63,498 nt of DNA, filler included, from Acidimicrobiia bacterium (GCA_029210695.1; 7 parts of 7 records of this genome joined end to end with filler, not necessarily neighbours in it), one strand, 5' to 3'. Shown: positions 20,387 to 30,811, numbered from the whole stretch's first letter. Notes: generated by a model from the letters alone, not told the origin. Numbers and translations: made by a program.

Positions 20387-20671
20387 CTAATCCTTTCCGA
20401 GGCCGGGATCGAGGTAGCGGGTGAAGGCCTTGAGCATGTCGGCCACGATACCGCCTCCGAGTTTGGCGGCGTCGATCACGAACAGTTCGAGGCGAATCAT
20501 GGCCACGATCGGTTCGACCAAATCGTGTTCGAGTTCGCCTTCCCATAGCTCGGCCAGGAACGCCTGGCATTCTTCGCAGTCGGCGACGTGGTTGTCGAAG
20601 TCGAGGTCGAGATCAAGACCATCGGCGAAGGCGATGAGACGATCATCGCGAACGTCACATGAGCGGTTCAT
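20387..20671 (-). CDS. Short zinc-binding (ZAS) anti-sigma factor candidate
   Basis: HVADCEEC (HxxxCxxC); ATGA overlap with the ECF sigma stop. Confidence 0.75.
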   Translation of the reverse strand: MNRSCDVRDDRLIAFADGLDLDLDFDNHVADCEECQAFLAELWEGELEHDLVEPIVAMIRLELFVIDAAKLGGGIVADMLKAFTRYLDPGLGKD

Positions 20672-21201
20672 CGCCACTCCTCCAAGTGAGGTCGCAGGGC
20701 CCGGCGGGCGCGCAGGATGCGGGTGCGCACTGTGTTGAGGGGGACCCCGGTCCGTTCGGATATCTCGGCGTAGCTGAGTTCCTCGTATTCGCGCAGGACG
20801 AGCGGTTCGCGCAGGCTGTCTGGGAGTTGTTCGATGGCAGACCGGACGTCGACCGTGAGCGCCTCTGTGTGTAGGCGCCGTCCGGGGTCGGTGTGATCCA
20901 CCCGGTCGAGATCCTGGTCGGTCGGCCACTCGCGGCGGCGGGATACTTCGTTCTTGGCGAGGTTGGTGGCGATGCGATAGAGCCATGACCTCACTCCGGC
21001 GTCCCCGCGGAAACTGTCGCGGGCCCGGAAGGCGCGCAGGAATGCCTCATGGGTGAGTTCCTCTGCGATGGGTCTGTTCCGCACGACTCTCATGGCTGCC
21101 CCGAAAACGAAGTTCTGGTGTCTTCTGATCAACTCTCCGAACGCTTCTAGGTTCTCGCCGGCGCCTTGTAGTAGCTCGAGGTCGGAGCAGTTGTCCCACA
21201 T
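20668..21201 (-). CDS. ECF sigma-70 factor
   Basis: Region 2 AEELTHEAFLRAF..SWLYRIATN; region 4 LSYAEISE..GVPLNTVRTRILRAR. Confidence 0.92.
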   Translation of the reverse strand: MWDNCSDLELLQGAGENLEAFGELIRRHQNFVFGAAMRVVRNRPIAEELTHEAFLRAFRARDSFRGDAGVRSWLYRIATNLAKNEVSRRREWPTDQDLDRVDHTDPGRRLHTEALTVDVRSAIEQLPDSLREPLVLREYEELSYAEISERTGVPLNTVRTRILRARRALRPHLEEWR

Positions 21202-21579
21202 TCGGTGACTTGGACCCGCGGAGGGCGCGCAAGGTTCCGTAGTTTCTGAGGTGCGGATTTCGGGGGAACTCTCGGTCAAGTTGTGTGTCCAACCGGGTGG
21301 TGTGGTTCGCAGCTTAGGAGGATCCAGTTCGTCATACCGCACGGTATGGCTGCCTCTCAGGCAGGATCCGGATATCAGTTCAGGGTGGGGAACCCCCTGA
21401 ACAGACCGCAAATCCGGTACGGGCCACGGCGCCAGTTGGGGGTCTCTCCGGAGACCCCCAGCCCCTTTTCTGGGAACTTCCTGTCCGCGTTTGTGTCATA
21501 GCTTGCAGAGGAATCGGTGCCCGCTTGTCTCACGACGCCGGCGCCGGTTCCACTACCCAAGTGGTAAGTATCTAACTAG

Positions 21580-21651
21580 GTGGCTGCCGAAAAAGTTGGT
21601 GGTTGTGGGTCGGGGGTGCTCGCGTTCGAGGTCGTTTTCGGTCACACTGGA
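21580..21651. mobile_element. Opposite terminus of the CTAG-targeting IS
   Basis: CTAG|GTGGCTGCCGAAAAAGT, then diverges from the 10900/39493 end. Confidence 0.75.
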
Positions 21652-21751
21652 NNNNNNNNNNNNNNNNNNNNNNNNNNNNNNNNNNNNNNNNNNNNTTAAT
21701 TAATTAANNNNNNNNNNNNNNNNNNNNNNNNNNNNNNNNNNNNNNNNNNNN

Positions 21752-22363
21752 CAACCCGCCATCGACCCTGACCGACTCCTCGACGGCGGCAACCACACCC
21801 TCTACATTTGCGGGCCACTCCACGAACAAGCACGGCTCCGACCGCTCTTCACTGCACTCATCGAACAGACCGTCGCCCGGATCTACGACCGCGCCAACCG
21901 ATCCGCCGACAAGCTCCCCAAGCCGCTGCTGCTCGTCATCGACGAAGCAGCCAACATCGCTCCCCTTCCCGACCTGGCTCAGATCGCCTCCACCGCTCGC
22001 GGCGTAGGGATCCAACTCGTCACCGTCTGGCAGGACTTCGCCCAGATTCAGGCCCGCTACGGCACCTTCGCCCAGACCGTCATCAACAACCACCGGGCCA
22101 AGGTTGTCCTCGCTGGCGTCTCCGACACCCCCACCCTCGACTACATCAGCCGGCTCATCGGCGACGAGCAAGCCGCCGAGGAATCCCGAACCCGCAACCC
22201 GGATGGACGAGAAACCGTCACTGAATCCACCCGGCATCGGCCCCTCGCCCCCACCTCCGCCCTCCGGCGCTCCGACACCGGGACCGGCGTCCTCATCTAT
22301 GGCAACTTCCACCCAGCGCGACTGAAGTTACGGCCGTGGTACCAACGAAAATGGGGCTCATAG
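21752..22363 (+). CDS. Type IV coupling protein (VirD4/TraD-like), 5'-partial; not in the ORF track
   Basis: Open frame from contig edge: LLLVIDEAANIAPLPDL..STARGVGIQLVTVWQDFAQIQARYG..LDYISRLIG..LRPWY. Confidence 0.9.
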   Translation, partial: QPAIDPDRLLDGGNHTLYICGPLHEQARLRPLFTALIEQTVARIYDRANRSADKLPKPLLLVIDEAANIAPLPDLAQIASTARGVGIQLVTVWQDFAQIQARYGTFAQTVINNHRAKVVLAGVSDTPTLDYISRLIGDEQAAEESRTRNPDGRETVTESTRHRPLAPTSALRRSDTGTGVLIYGNFHPARLKLRPWYQRKWGS

Positions 22364-22822
22364 CTGGAAGAGCCGGGGGCGCTGTCGTCATCGTGCGGTG
22401 CCCTCTCGCCCGTGTCGTCGCAGAAAACGCGTACCTTCACCGTGTGGCGAGGTGTGACAGAACTGGTGATTTGCATGTGAGTTTCAGCGGTGCGTGGCGT
22501 GACCCCTGTAGGGCTGGGTGGCGCACGGGGGTCCCACAAAATGCCAGATCCCCGGACAGTCTGTTGTTCCTGACGAGGGTTCGGTCCGCGAATATGCGGG
22601 CACTGGCGACAAGGCCATGACGAGTGCACACCGCCCGGCCTGACGCTCGGCGGCTATCCATTGCGCGACCTAGTTCTACCCAGTCGTTGCCCTTTGGGGT
22701 ACAGGAAAACTGGCGGGTGCTTCGACGGACGACGCGCTCCGTGTCTCCTTCTCTGGTCTGCAACCAGAATCGGGTGCCCGTCAAGCCGGGTCAATGCCCC
22801 TCCGGGGTATCGGTGATCCAAC

Positions 22823-24076
22823 TCACAATCCAGGCCGGCTCAAGCGGTTGGGCACCTTCCGTATGCTTTCTCGCTGGGGGAGGCCTCCGGCTTCGAGGAA
22901 TGGCTCGACCACGAGGATGGCGGCGCCGAGCGCAACGGCGTCGGGGCCCAGATGGCAAAGCTCGATCGAGACACGATCGAAGGGAGGACGCAGCGCGTGA
23001 CGGCGGGCCTCGTCGATAGCGATTGGTAGGAGATGCTCCCCGAGCAGCAGACCGGCCCACCCTCCGAGCACGATCTTGTCGGGATTGAGCAGGTTGATCA
23101 GGTTCGCCATCCCGACGCCGAGGTACCGACCCGTCTCCCGCACCGTGCGGAGTGCAGCTTCCTCTCCGGCTATGAGGCGGACCCGGAGTTGCTCGAGGGC
23201 GAGGCGCTCGTCGATCGCGGTGTCGGAAGGGGCGTCTTGTGCGGGCTGATATGCGCCGAGGATCCCGCGGGCTCCGACGTAAGCCTCGAGGCAGCCTCTG
23301 GCTCCGCAGCGACAGCTTCGGCCGTTGAGTGCAACGGTGGTGTGACCCCATTCACCCGCGCTCGAGGTCGCCCCACGAAACACGCGACCGTCGGTGAGAA
23401 TCGCGGCTCCTACCCCCGTGCCGATTAGGGCCACGACGACATTACTCGCGCCGCGGCCGGCGCCGTACCACGCCTCTGCCAGCGCCATGGTCTTGGCGCC
23501 GTTATCGACCAGAACCCGGGAGGGGAGCGCCTCCCTGAGCATCTCTTGGAGCGGCATGTGGTCCCAGCCGAGGCTCGGGGCGTGGACGTACTCCCGACCG
23601 TCACGAACGATGATCCCCGGTACGCCGACGCCGATCCCGAGAAGCTCATCCAACTCGACGGGTAGCGCTGACGTCACGTCCTTCACGACCTCGGCAATGA
23701 CCGTCACTAGCGTCTCGACGTTTTCGGGAGCGAGCTCCACCTGCTTCTGGACCGCCGCCATCTTGTGGAGCGCAAGGTCGAACAGTTCGATCGTGGCTCC
23801 GGTTTCCCCGATGTCCACACCAATCACGTAAGTGTGGGCAGGGTTCACCTCGACGAGGATCGCCGGCCGTCCACCGTCCGAAGCGACTTGGCCCGTCTCG
23901 ATTGCCACTCCGCTCTTGAGTAACTCCGAGATCACATTGCCGACGGTTGCCCGGCTCAGCCCGGTGTCGTTAGACAGTGCGATCCGGCTGGCCGGTCCCC
24001 CCTCATAGAGGTGCTTCAGAACGGCGGCCTGGTTGGCGCGGCGAACATCCCGGGTGGTGGTCCGTTGTTCGGGCAT
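22823..24076 (-). CDS. ROK family transcriptional repressor
   Basis: N-terminal HTH, GGRP, GVDIG, GIGVGVPG, AGEWGH, CRCGARGCLE. Confidence 0.95.
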   Translation of the reverse strand: MPEQRTTTRDVRRANQAAVLKHLYEGGPASRIALSNDTGLSRATVGNVISELLKSGVAIETGQVASDGGRPAILVEVNPAHTYVIGVDIGETGATIELFDLALHKMAAVQKQVELAPENVETLVTVIAEVVKDVTSALPVELDELLGIGVGVPGIIVRDGREYVHAPSLGWDHMPLQEMLREALPSRVLVDNGAKTMALAEAWYGAGRGASNVVVALIGTGVGAAILTDGRVFRGATSSAGEWGHTTVALNGRSCRCGARGCLEAYVGARGILGAYQPAQDAPSDTAIDERLALEQLRVRLIAGEEAALRTVRETGRYLGVGMANLINLLNPDKIVLGGWAGLLLGEHLLPIAIDEARRHALRPPFDRVSIELCHLGPDAVALGAAILVVEPFLEAGGLPQRESIRKVPNRLSRPGL

Positions 24077-24169
24077 GCCTGATCTCCACGGGTCGTTGTG
24101 ATTATGACAAGAACTTAGTCCAACAATCGTAGAGCTATGAGCTCCCCTTGGGAGAAGGCTTGTTTTCTA

Positions 24170-24208
24170 TTGACTCCGGAATAATTGATACCTAAGATTA
24201 AGTCTTAG
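24170..24208 (+). promoter_or_regulatory. sigma70-type promoter with overlapping palindrome (candidate ROK operator)
   Basis: TTGACT-17bp-TAAGAT; CTAAGA-TTAAG-TCTTAG at 24192-24208. Confidence 0.6.
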
Positions 24209-24258
24209 ATCAAGGACGGTCTCCCTTGAAGAGACGAGTGGACGAGTTTGTTTGTGGT

Positions 24259-26223
24259 ATGAATACTGTTCGAATCTCCCGAAGGCGCGCGTGGCTCGGC
24301 TTGGCGACCTCGATAGCGATGATTGCCGTCCTGGTCGGTACCACGACCGTAGCTTCGGCATCGACCACCGTCGAGGTCTGGCTTACCACCCCCGACGGTG
24401 TTAACCAGCTGACCCAACAACCGGATGTGGTGCTCGGCCCTGTCGGCGGGGGGTCGATCAACGTCTCCGTGAACGACAGCCGCCAATACCAGACGACTAC
24501 CGGGTTCGGAGCCAGTTTCTCTGATTCCTCGACCTTCCTCATGTCGCAGCTGAAGGGCTACGACCCGGCGGCGTACGCCACGATGATGGACGAGCTCTTC
24601 GGTGTCACCGGTGGGATCGGTCTCACCTTTTGGCGAGTGCCTATGGGCGCCAGCGACTTCACCGAGGCGACCGCGCACTGGACGAACGCCGACACGGAGG
24701 GCCCGCCCGGGGAGCCGTTGCAGTATTTCGCACTGACCAGCCATGACACGGACCACATCATTCCGGCCATCCAGGACGCGCTGGCGATCAACCCGAACCT
24801 GAAGATCATCGGCAGCCCTTGGACGGCGCCGGCGTGGATGAAGACCACTGACAAGCTGATCTGCTCGTTCCACAACAAGAAGGGGGCGTTGCTCCCTGAG
24901 TACCGGCAGACATGGGCCGACTACTTCGTGAAGTGGATCAATGCGTACGAGAACGCGGGGGTGCCGATCTGGGCGGTGACTCCCCAAAACGAGCCCCAGT
25001 ACTGCCCAAACAGCTACCCGGGGATGATGTGGGAACCCGAAGACGAGGCAAGCTGGGTGCACGACTACCTGAAGCCGGCCCTCGCCGCCGCTGGTCTCCA
25101 GCCGCAGATCCTCGGATACGACCACAACTGGGACCTGCCCAGCTATCCCACCACGCTGGTTACGGGCCCGACGAGCGGCGACTACGACGGCATCGCCTGG
25201 CACTGCTACAACAACTCGAGCGACCCCACCGAGATGACGAAGCTCCACAATCTGTATCCGGGCTTCGATCAATACGAAACGGAATGCTCGTCAGACACCG
25301 AACCGACCGACATCATCCCGTTCAGCACCGCCGAGATGGCCCTCCTCTCGGTCCAGAACTGGGCCCGAGGTGTGGTGTTGTGGAACTTGGCGCTCGACTC
25401 GAACAACGGGCCCCATCTCGGCGGCTGTGAGGTGTGTGTCCCCGTTGTCACCATCGACGTGACCACCGACCAATCGGGGGCCGTGACATCGGCCGCCTAC
25501 TCCCTGGCGGATAACTACTACCACCTTGGTCAGATCAGCGACTTCGTCTCTGTCGACGCCACCCGGATCGACTCGACCGTGAACGCCCACGGCATCGTCA
25601 CCGCTGCCTTCGAGAACCCAGACGGTCGCGAGGTACTGATCGCCACGAACCGCAACACCGCCGACACGACCTTCACCGTTACATGGAACGAGCAGGGTTC
25701 GTTCACCTACACCTTGCCTTCGCGGGCCACCGTCACGTTCATCGCCACGGTCGATCCTGCCCCTCCCACCTCGTACGTACCACAGACCGGTGGTACGTAC
25801 ACCGTCGAGGCACGGCCGAGTGGCAAGCCCGTCGACGTGGCGAACGGCTCGACCAGCAACAAGGCACCGATCCTTCAGTTCACCGACAGCGGCGACCTGA
25901 GTCAGCAATGGGTGCTTGTCGACGCAGGGGCGGGCTATGTCAACATGATCAACGTCAACAGCGGGATGGCGCTCACTAACCCGCGGGCTTCGAATCGGAA
26001 CGGGATCCAGATGCAGCAGTGGTCGATCACCGGCACCGGCTCACCAGAGCAGCAGTGGCAGCTCACTGCGGTCGATTCCGACTACTACACGATCACGAAC
26101 CGAGCCAGCGGCAAGGCGCTCGATCTCCGTGACGGTTCGGTGAGTGACGGGGCGATCATCCAGCAGTGGGACCTCGATCCGGCCAACCCCAATCAGCAGT
26201 GGCTGTTCACGTCGGTCCCGTGA
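24259..26223 (+). CDS. Secreted GH30 glycoside hydrolase with C-terminal ricin-type (CBM13) domain
   Basis: GFGASF, PWTAPAWMK, QNEP, GYDHNW, WHCY, ETECS; QQW repeats. Confidence 0.92.
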   Translation: MNTVRISRRRAWLGLATSIAMIAVLVGTTTVASASTTVEVWLTTPDGVNQLTQQPDVVLGPVGGGSINVSVNDSRQYQTTTGFGASFSDSSTFLMSQLKGYDPAAYATMMDELFGVTGGIGLTFWRVPMGASDFTEATAHWTNADTEGPPGEPLQYFALTSHDTDHIIPAIQDALAINPNLKIIGSPWTAPAWMKTTDKLICSFHNKKGALLPEYRQTWADYFVKWINAYENAGVPIWAVTPQNEPQYCPNSYPGMMWEPEDEASWVHDYLKPALAAAGLQPQILGYDHNWDLPSYPTTLVTGPTSGDYDGIAWHCYNNSSDPTEMTKLHNLYPGFDQYETECSSDTEPTDIIPFSTAEMALLSVQNWARGVVLWNLALDSNNGPHLGGCEVCVPVVTIDVTTDQSGAVTSAAYSLADNYYHLGQISDFVSVDATRIDSTVNAHGIVTAAFENPDGREVLIATNRNTADTTFTVTWNEQGSFTYTLPSRATVTFIATVDPAPPTSYVPQTGGTYTVEARPSGKPVDVANGSTSNKAPILQFTDSGDLSQQWVLVDAGAGYVNMINVNSGMALTNPRASNRNGIQMQQWSITGTGSPEQQWQLTAVDSDYYTITNRASGKALDLRDGSVSDGAIIQQWDLDPANPNQQWLFTSVP

Positions 26224-27719
26224 AGGAGATCAGAAGGAACAGCGCGAGGTTGGAAGAGGCTGCGAGCGGTAGGCAGTATCTGACCGCATTCGGGCCGGAC
26301 TTTGTTTGGGGCGCAGCGACCGCTGCCTACCAGATCGAGGGCGCCACTACAGAGGATGGTCGTGGCCCTTCGATCTGGGACACGTTTAGCCGCCTTCCTG
26401 GGAAGACCCGAAACGGCGACACCGGCGACGTCGCATGTGACCACTACCATCGATGGCGCGAGGACCTGACGATTGCCGCTGACCTTGGTCTTGCCGCCTA
26501 TCGGTTCTCCGTCTCGTGGGTTCGCCTCCAACCCACCGGTCGGGGCAGCCTGAACCGGAGTGCCGTCGGTTTCTATCGGTCCCTGCTGGAGTACTTGCAC
26601 GAGCTCGGTATCCGACCTTTCGTTACGCTCTATCACTGGGATCTGCCACAGGAGCTCGAGGACGTCGGCGGATGGCCCGAGCGCGACACAGCCCTTCGCT
26701 TCGCCGAATACGCGCAGCGCACCGCCGAGGCGCTCGGAGATCTGGCCGAGGATTGGATCACGCTGAACGAGTCCTGGTGTCAGGCGTTCAACGGCTATCA
26801 CTTGGGTGTCCACGCCCCCGGACGTCGGGAACTGCCGGCAGCGGTGGCAGCGGCGCATCACCTCAACCTGGCCGGCGGCCTGGCCACCCAGGCCATCCGC
26901 TCCGTTCACGCCAAGGCGTCTGTGGGGATCGCTCACATCCTCACCGACGTGCGGCCCGCGTCGCAAGACCCAGAGGACGAAGCAGCGGCCCGTCGGGTCG
27001 ACGCCAACCACAATCGGCTCTTCCTCGATCCGCTCCTGGGCGGTGGGTATGGGGAAGAGGTCGTCGAACTCCACGGCCCCCACGGCCTGCTCGAACGGAT
27101 CAAACCGGGCGACGACGAGGTGATGGCCGAGGCGATCGACTTCCTGAGAGTGAACCACTACCAGCAGGTCATGGCATCCGACGATCTGGACGAGCCGTTC
27201 CTTCGCTCACGCATCCGCGCGGCTGCGCCGGCCGCTACGAGCCTGGGCTGGTCGGTGCGACCCGAGTCGTTGCGCAACGTGTTGGTGCGCGTGGACCGTG
27301 AGTATGGCCACATCCCGTCGTACGTGACGGAGAACGGCGCCTGCTTCGAGGACTACGTCGGGCCGGACGGCGAGGTGAGAGATCGGGAACGTATTGACTA
27401 CCTCGACCGCTACGTGACTGCGGTTGCCCAGGCGGCCAGCGAGGGGGTCGATGTTCGTGGCTACTTCGCTTGGTCCCTGCTCGACAACTTCGAGTGGGCC
27501 GAAGGGTACCGCAAGCGGTTCGGCCTCGTCTATGTCGACTACCGCACGCAGGAGCGCATCCCCAAAGCGAGCGCCCGCTGGTACCGGGACCTAATCCTGC
27601 AGCACCGGAATCTGCTCGGCGTCCCCGCCCGCCACGATGTCGCCCGAGTCCGTAACCCAGCTATCAACCCTGCCCCCCCGGTGTCGATGCGTCAGGCACC
27701 GAGACAGAAAGAGATCTGA
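26220..27719 (+). CDS. GH1 beta-glucosidase
   Basis: FVWGAATAAYQIEG, TLYHWDLP, TLNE, TENG, WSLLDNFEWAEG. Confidence 0.92.
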   Translation: MKEIRRNSARLEEAASGRQYLTAFGPDFVWGAATAAYQIEGATTEDGRGPSIWDTFSRLPGKTRNGDTGDVACDHYHRWREDLTIAADLGLAAYRFSVSWVRLQPTGRGSLNRSAVGFYRSLLEYLHELGIRPFVTLYHWDLPQELEDVGGWPERDTALRFAEYAQRTAEALGDLAEDWITLNESWCQAFNGYHLGVHAPGRRELPAAVAAAHHLNLAGGLATQAIRSVHAKASVGIAHILTDVRPASQDPEDEAAARRVDANHNRLFLDPLLGGGYGEEVVELHGPHGLLERIKPGDDEVMAEAIDFLRVNHYQQVMASDDLDEPFLRSRIRAAAPAATSLGWSVRPESLRNVLVRVDREYGHIPSYVTENGACFEDYVGPDGEVRDRERIDYLDRYVTAVAQAASEGVDVRGYFAWSLLDNFEWAEGYRKRFGLVYVDYRTQERIPKASARWYRDLILQHRNLLGVPARHDVARVRNPAINPAPPVSMRQAPRQKEI

Positions 27720-27798
27720 CGGTGAGCATGGCAATGGAAGAATCAACAGGGGATCGGCTCGGATCGCCGGCGCCGTTCACCAAGAGCGAAAGGAAGGC

Positions 27799-28692
27799 AT
27801 GATGCGTGAAAGTGTGTGGTGGCGCCGGGCAAGCGCTCTGCTGGTGCTCGTTCTCGTGGCGAGTGCCTGCACGTCGGGGGATTCGACGGGCGACGACGAA
27901 ACCGATGGCACGGTCACCGACACTGGGGGAGCCCAAGTCGTCCGGGTGCTCGCAGTTGCGGGCCCCGAGACCGACGCCCTGATCGCCGGAGCGGCGGAGT
28001 TCGAGGAGATGACCGGAATCACCGCCTCGATCGAGCAGGTGGCACGGCCGCTGTGGTCACAGCGGAAGGTCCGCGAGCTCATCGAGGATGCCGGGTTGTA
28101 CGACGTCGTGATGATCGGCGGCGGTGACGACAACACCTGGGTTAAGGAGAAGGCCCACGTCAAGGACCTGGCGGAGTACCTGTCGGAGAGCGACATCGAG
28201 CAGATCGTCTCTGCCGACAAGTTCACGCGGGAGGACGGCACCCTGGTCGGTGTGCCCCAGTACTACAACTTCCCGATGCTGTTCTACCGGAAGGACCTGT
28301 TGGAGGATCCCGCCGAGCAGGCGGCGTTCCAGGAGCGGTACGGGCGTGACCTCGCTGTGCCGACAACGTACGAGGAGATGTACGAGGTAGCCGAGTTCTT
28401 CACGAGGCCCCCGGATCTGTACGGTTTCTTCATCGGCGGCGTCGACTGGTCGATCTTCCTGGATCACACCTACTTCGTGTACGGCCACGGTGGCAACTAT
28501 GGGGATCTCGGCTCCGGCGAGCTGACCTTGAACTCTCCGGAGCAGGAGCAGGCGATGCAACAGCTGGTCGCCTTCACCCAATTCAATCCGCCCGGCTGGG
28601 AGACCCAGAGCTTCTTCGACGGCGATCAACTGGTCCAGGACGAGAAGGTCGCCATGTACCAGAATTGGTTCTATATCTGGAAAACCTTCCAG
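27799..28692 (+). pseudogene. Sugar ABC substrate-binding lipoprotein truncated by IS1634
   Basis: Lipobox VASAC; LFYRKDL, PTTYEE; frame runs into the IS and stops at 28710. Confidence 0.85.
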
Positions 28693-30634
28693 CAGGGGTT
28701 CCGCAGATGAAGGCTGTTTCTGGGCACACGTGAACGCGAAAGTGCTGGTCACGGCGTTGAGGCTGGCTGGCGGCCGCGAAATGTGTAGGCACACGCTAGG
28801 TGTTAGAGGTTCTTGGTTAGGTGAGTTAGCTGATGTAGAGTGTGGGCATGTATCTGCGGACGATCCAGCGGCGCAACAAGGACGGGTCGGTGGTCCGCTA
28901 CGTGCAGCTGGCCCACAACGTGCGTCATCCCCAGTCGGGGAACCCGGTGGCCAAGGTGATCCACAGCTTCGGGCGGGAGGACCGGCTGGACCGGGAGGCA
29001 CTGGGCCGGCTGGTCCGCTCCATCGCCCGCTATCTGGGTCCCGACGCCGAACTGGAGGCGACGGCGCCGGGCGGTGCGACGGCGCCGCTGCGGTTCGTGT
29101 CGTCCAAGGCGCTGGGCGGCGCATGGGCCCTGGACGGTCTGTGGCGGCGGGTGGGGATCGGCGAGGTGCTGGCCCGCCTGCTGGAGGGTCGACGCCTCGA
29201 TCCGCGGGCCGAGCGGGCCGTGTTCGCCATGGTCGCTAACCGTGCCCTCGAACCGCTCTCCAAGCTCGCCGCCGCCCGCTGGGTGGCGGAGCGGGCCGTG
29301 ATCCCGGGTCTGGACGACGTCGACGAGGACACCTTCTACCGGGCCATGGACTGGCTGTTGGAAGTCGAAGACGATTTGGTCGAGGCCGTGTACTGGGCCA
29401 CCGCCGATCTGTTGAACCTAGAGGTCGACCTGCTGTTTTTCGACACCACCTCCACCTACTTCGAGATCGACCAGCCCGACGCGCCGGGTGAGGGGGAGAC
29501 GGTCGGGTTCCGGGCCCGAGGCCACTCCAAGGACCACCGGCCCGACCTGCCTCAGGTGGTGATCGGCATGGCCGTCACCCGAGAAGGCATCCCCATCCGG
29601 GTGTGGTGCTGGCCAGGCAACACCAACGATCAGGCGCTGATCCGCCAGGTCAAAGACGACCTCAAAACGTGGAAGCTGACCCGGGTGGTGTGGGTCGCCG
29701 ACCGTGGCTTCTCCTCGGCGGAGAACCGCCGCTACCTCCAACGGGCAGGCGGCCACTACATCATCGGCGAAAAGCTCCGCGGCGATGGCCGCGAGGCCCA
29801 GGCGGCGCTGTCCCGCCAGGGCCGCTACCGCACCGTGGCCGCCAACCTGGGGGTCAAAGAGGTCGTCATCGACGACGCCACCATGCGCGACCGGTTCGTG
29901 GTTTGCCACAACCCCGAACAAGCCGAACGAGACCGGACCGTGCGCGACCAGCTTCTCACCCAGCTCGCCGACGCCATCGACGGCTCCGACCAGCTCACCA
30001 AGACCGCCCGCGCCGAGTTGGCCGGCGAGCTGGGCAACTACCCGGGGCTGAAACGGTTCCTGCGCACCACCCCCGGTGGGCTGCTGCGCATCGACCGCAG
30101 AGCCGTCGCCGCCGAGCAACGCCTCGACGGCAAGTTCCTGTTGCGCACCTCCGACCCCACACTGTCCGCCGAAGACATCGCCTTGGGCTACAAACAACTG
30201 CTCGAAGTCGAACGGGGCTGGCGGGACATGAAATCCACCCTCGACCTGCGGCCCGTCTACCACCGCCTCGAAGGCCGCATCCGCGCCCACGTGCTGCTGT
30301 GCTGGCTCGCCCTGCTCCTCATCCGCCTGGCCGAAACCGCCACCGGCGACACCTGGCGCAACCTCCGCCACCAGCTCGACCGCATGCACCTCGGGCTGTT
30401 CGCCGGTCCCGCCGGCCACGTCCTGCAACGCACCGAAACCACCCCCGGCCAGGCCGCCATCTTCAAGGCCCTAGGCGTCAACCAACCCAAACAGTTCCTC
30501 GACATCACCCCCGCCGGCACCGACAAGACTCCCGCCAGCGCGTAGGCACTACACGTCCCCGACAGTCCCGCGCGTTCTCCCTGCTCACGCGCACTTTCGA
30601 TGCCTACGCCGGCAGGCCAACTGCGGAACTCCGG
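28693..30634 (+). mobile_element. IS1634-family element, 1942 bp
   Basis: IRs CAGGGGTTCCGCAGATG and CCGGAGTTCCGCAGTTG (14/17); CCAG on both flanks. Confidence 0.88.
28848..30545 (+). CDS. IS1634-family DDE transposase
   Basis: FDTTSTYFE, GHSKDHRPDLPQV, VADRG, VERGWRDMK, RIRAHV. Confidence 0.93.
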   Translation: MYLRTIQRRNKDGSVVRYVQLAHNVRHPQSGNPVAKVIHSFGREDRLDREALGRLVRSIARYLGPDAELEATAPGGATAPLRFVSSKALGGAWALDGLWRRVGIGEVLARLLEGRRLDPRAERAVFAMVANRALEPLSKLAAARWVAERAVIPGLDDVDEDTFYRAMDWLLEVEDDLVEAVYWATADLLNLEVDLLFFDTTSTYFEIDQPDAPGEGETVGFRARGHSKDHRPDLPQVVIGMAVTREGIPIRVWCWPGNTNDQALIRQVKDDLKTWKLTRVVWVADRGFSSAENRRYLQRAGGHYIIGEKLRGDGREAQAALSRQGRYRTVAANLGVKEVVIDDATMRDRFVVCHNPEQAERDRTVRDQLLTQLADAIDGSDQLTKTARAELAGELGNYPGLKRFLRTTPGGLLRIDRRAVAAEQRLDGKFLLRTSDPTLSAEDIALGYKQLLEVERGWRDMKSTLDLRPVYHRLEGRIRAHVLLCWLALLLIRLAETATGDTWRNLRHQLDRMHLGLFAGPAGHVLQRTETTPGQAAIFKALGVNQPKQFLDITPAGTDKTPASA

Positions 30635-30711
30635 CCAGGCGCTGTACGTCAACCACCAACGCCGCTAGTCGCAATGGGCGGCGTAGTCTGATTTCGTGAA
30701 GATATCTGCCG
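30635..30711 (+). mobile_element. Probable end of a second IS (IS701-like?) abutting IS1634
   Basis: 77-bp contig-terminal segment starting at CCAG; not an SBP continuation; TAGTCT-6nt-GTG leaderless-type start. Confidence 0.4.
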
Positions 30712-30811
30712 NNNNNNNNNNNNNNNNNNNNNNNNNNNNNNNNNNNNNNNNNNNNTTAATTAATTAANNNNNNNNNNNNNNNNNNNNNNNNNNNNNNNNN
30801 NNNNNNNNNNN

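Noticed and set aside
21704..22312. Minus-strand 202-aa ORF
   Set aside because: Antisense shadow of the coupling-protein fragment; many other Arg/Pro-rich ORFs in the track are likewise GC shadows
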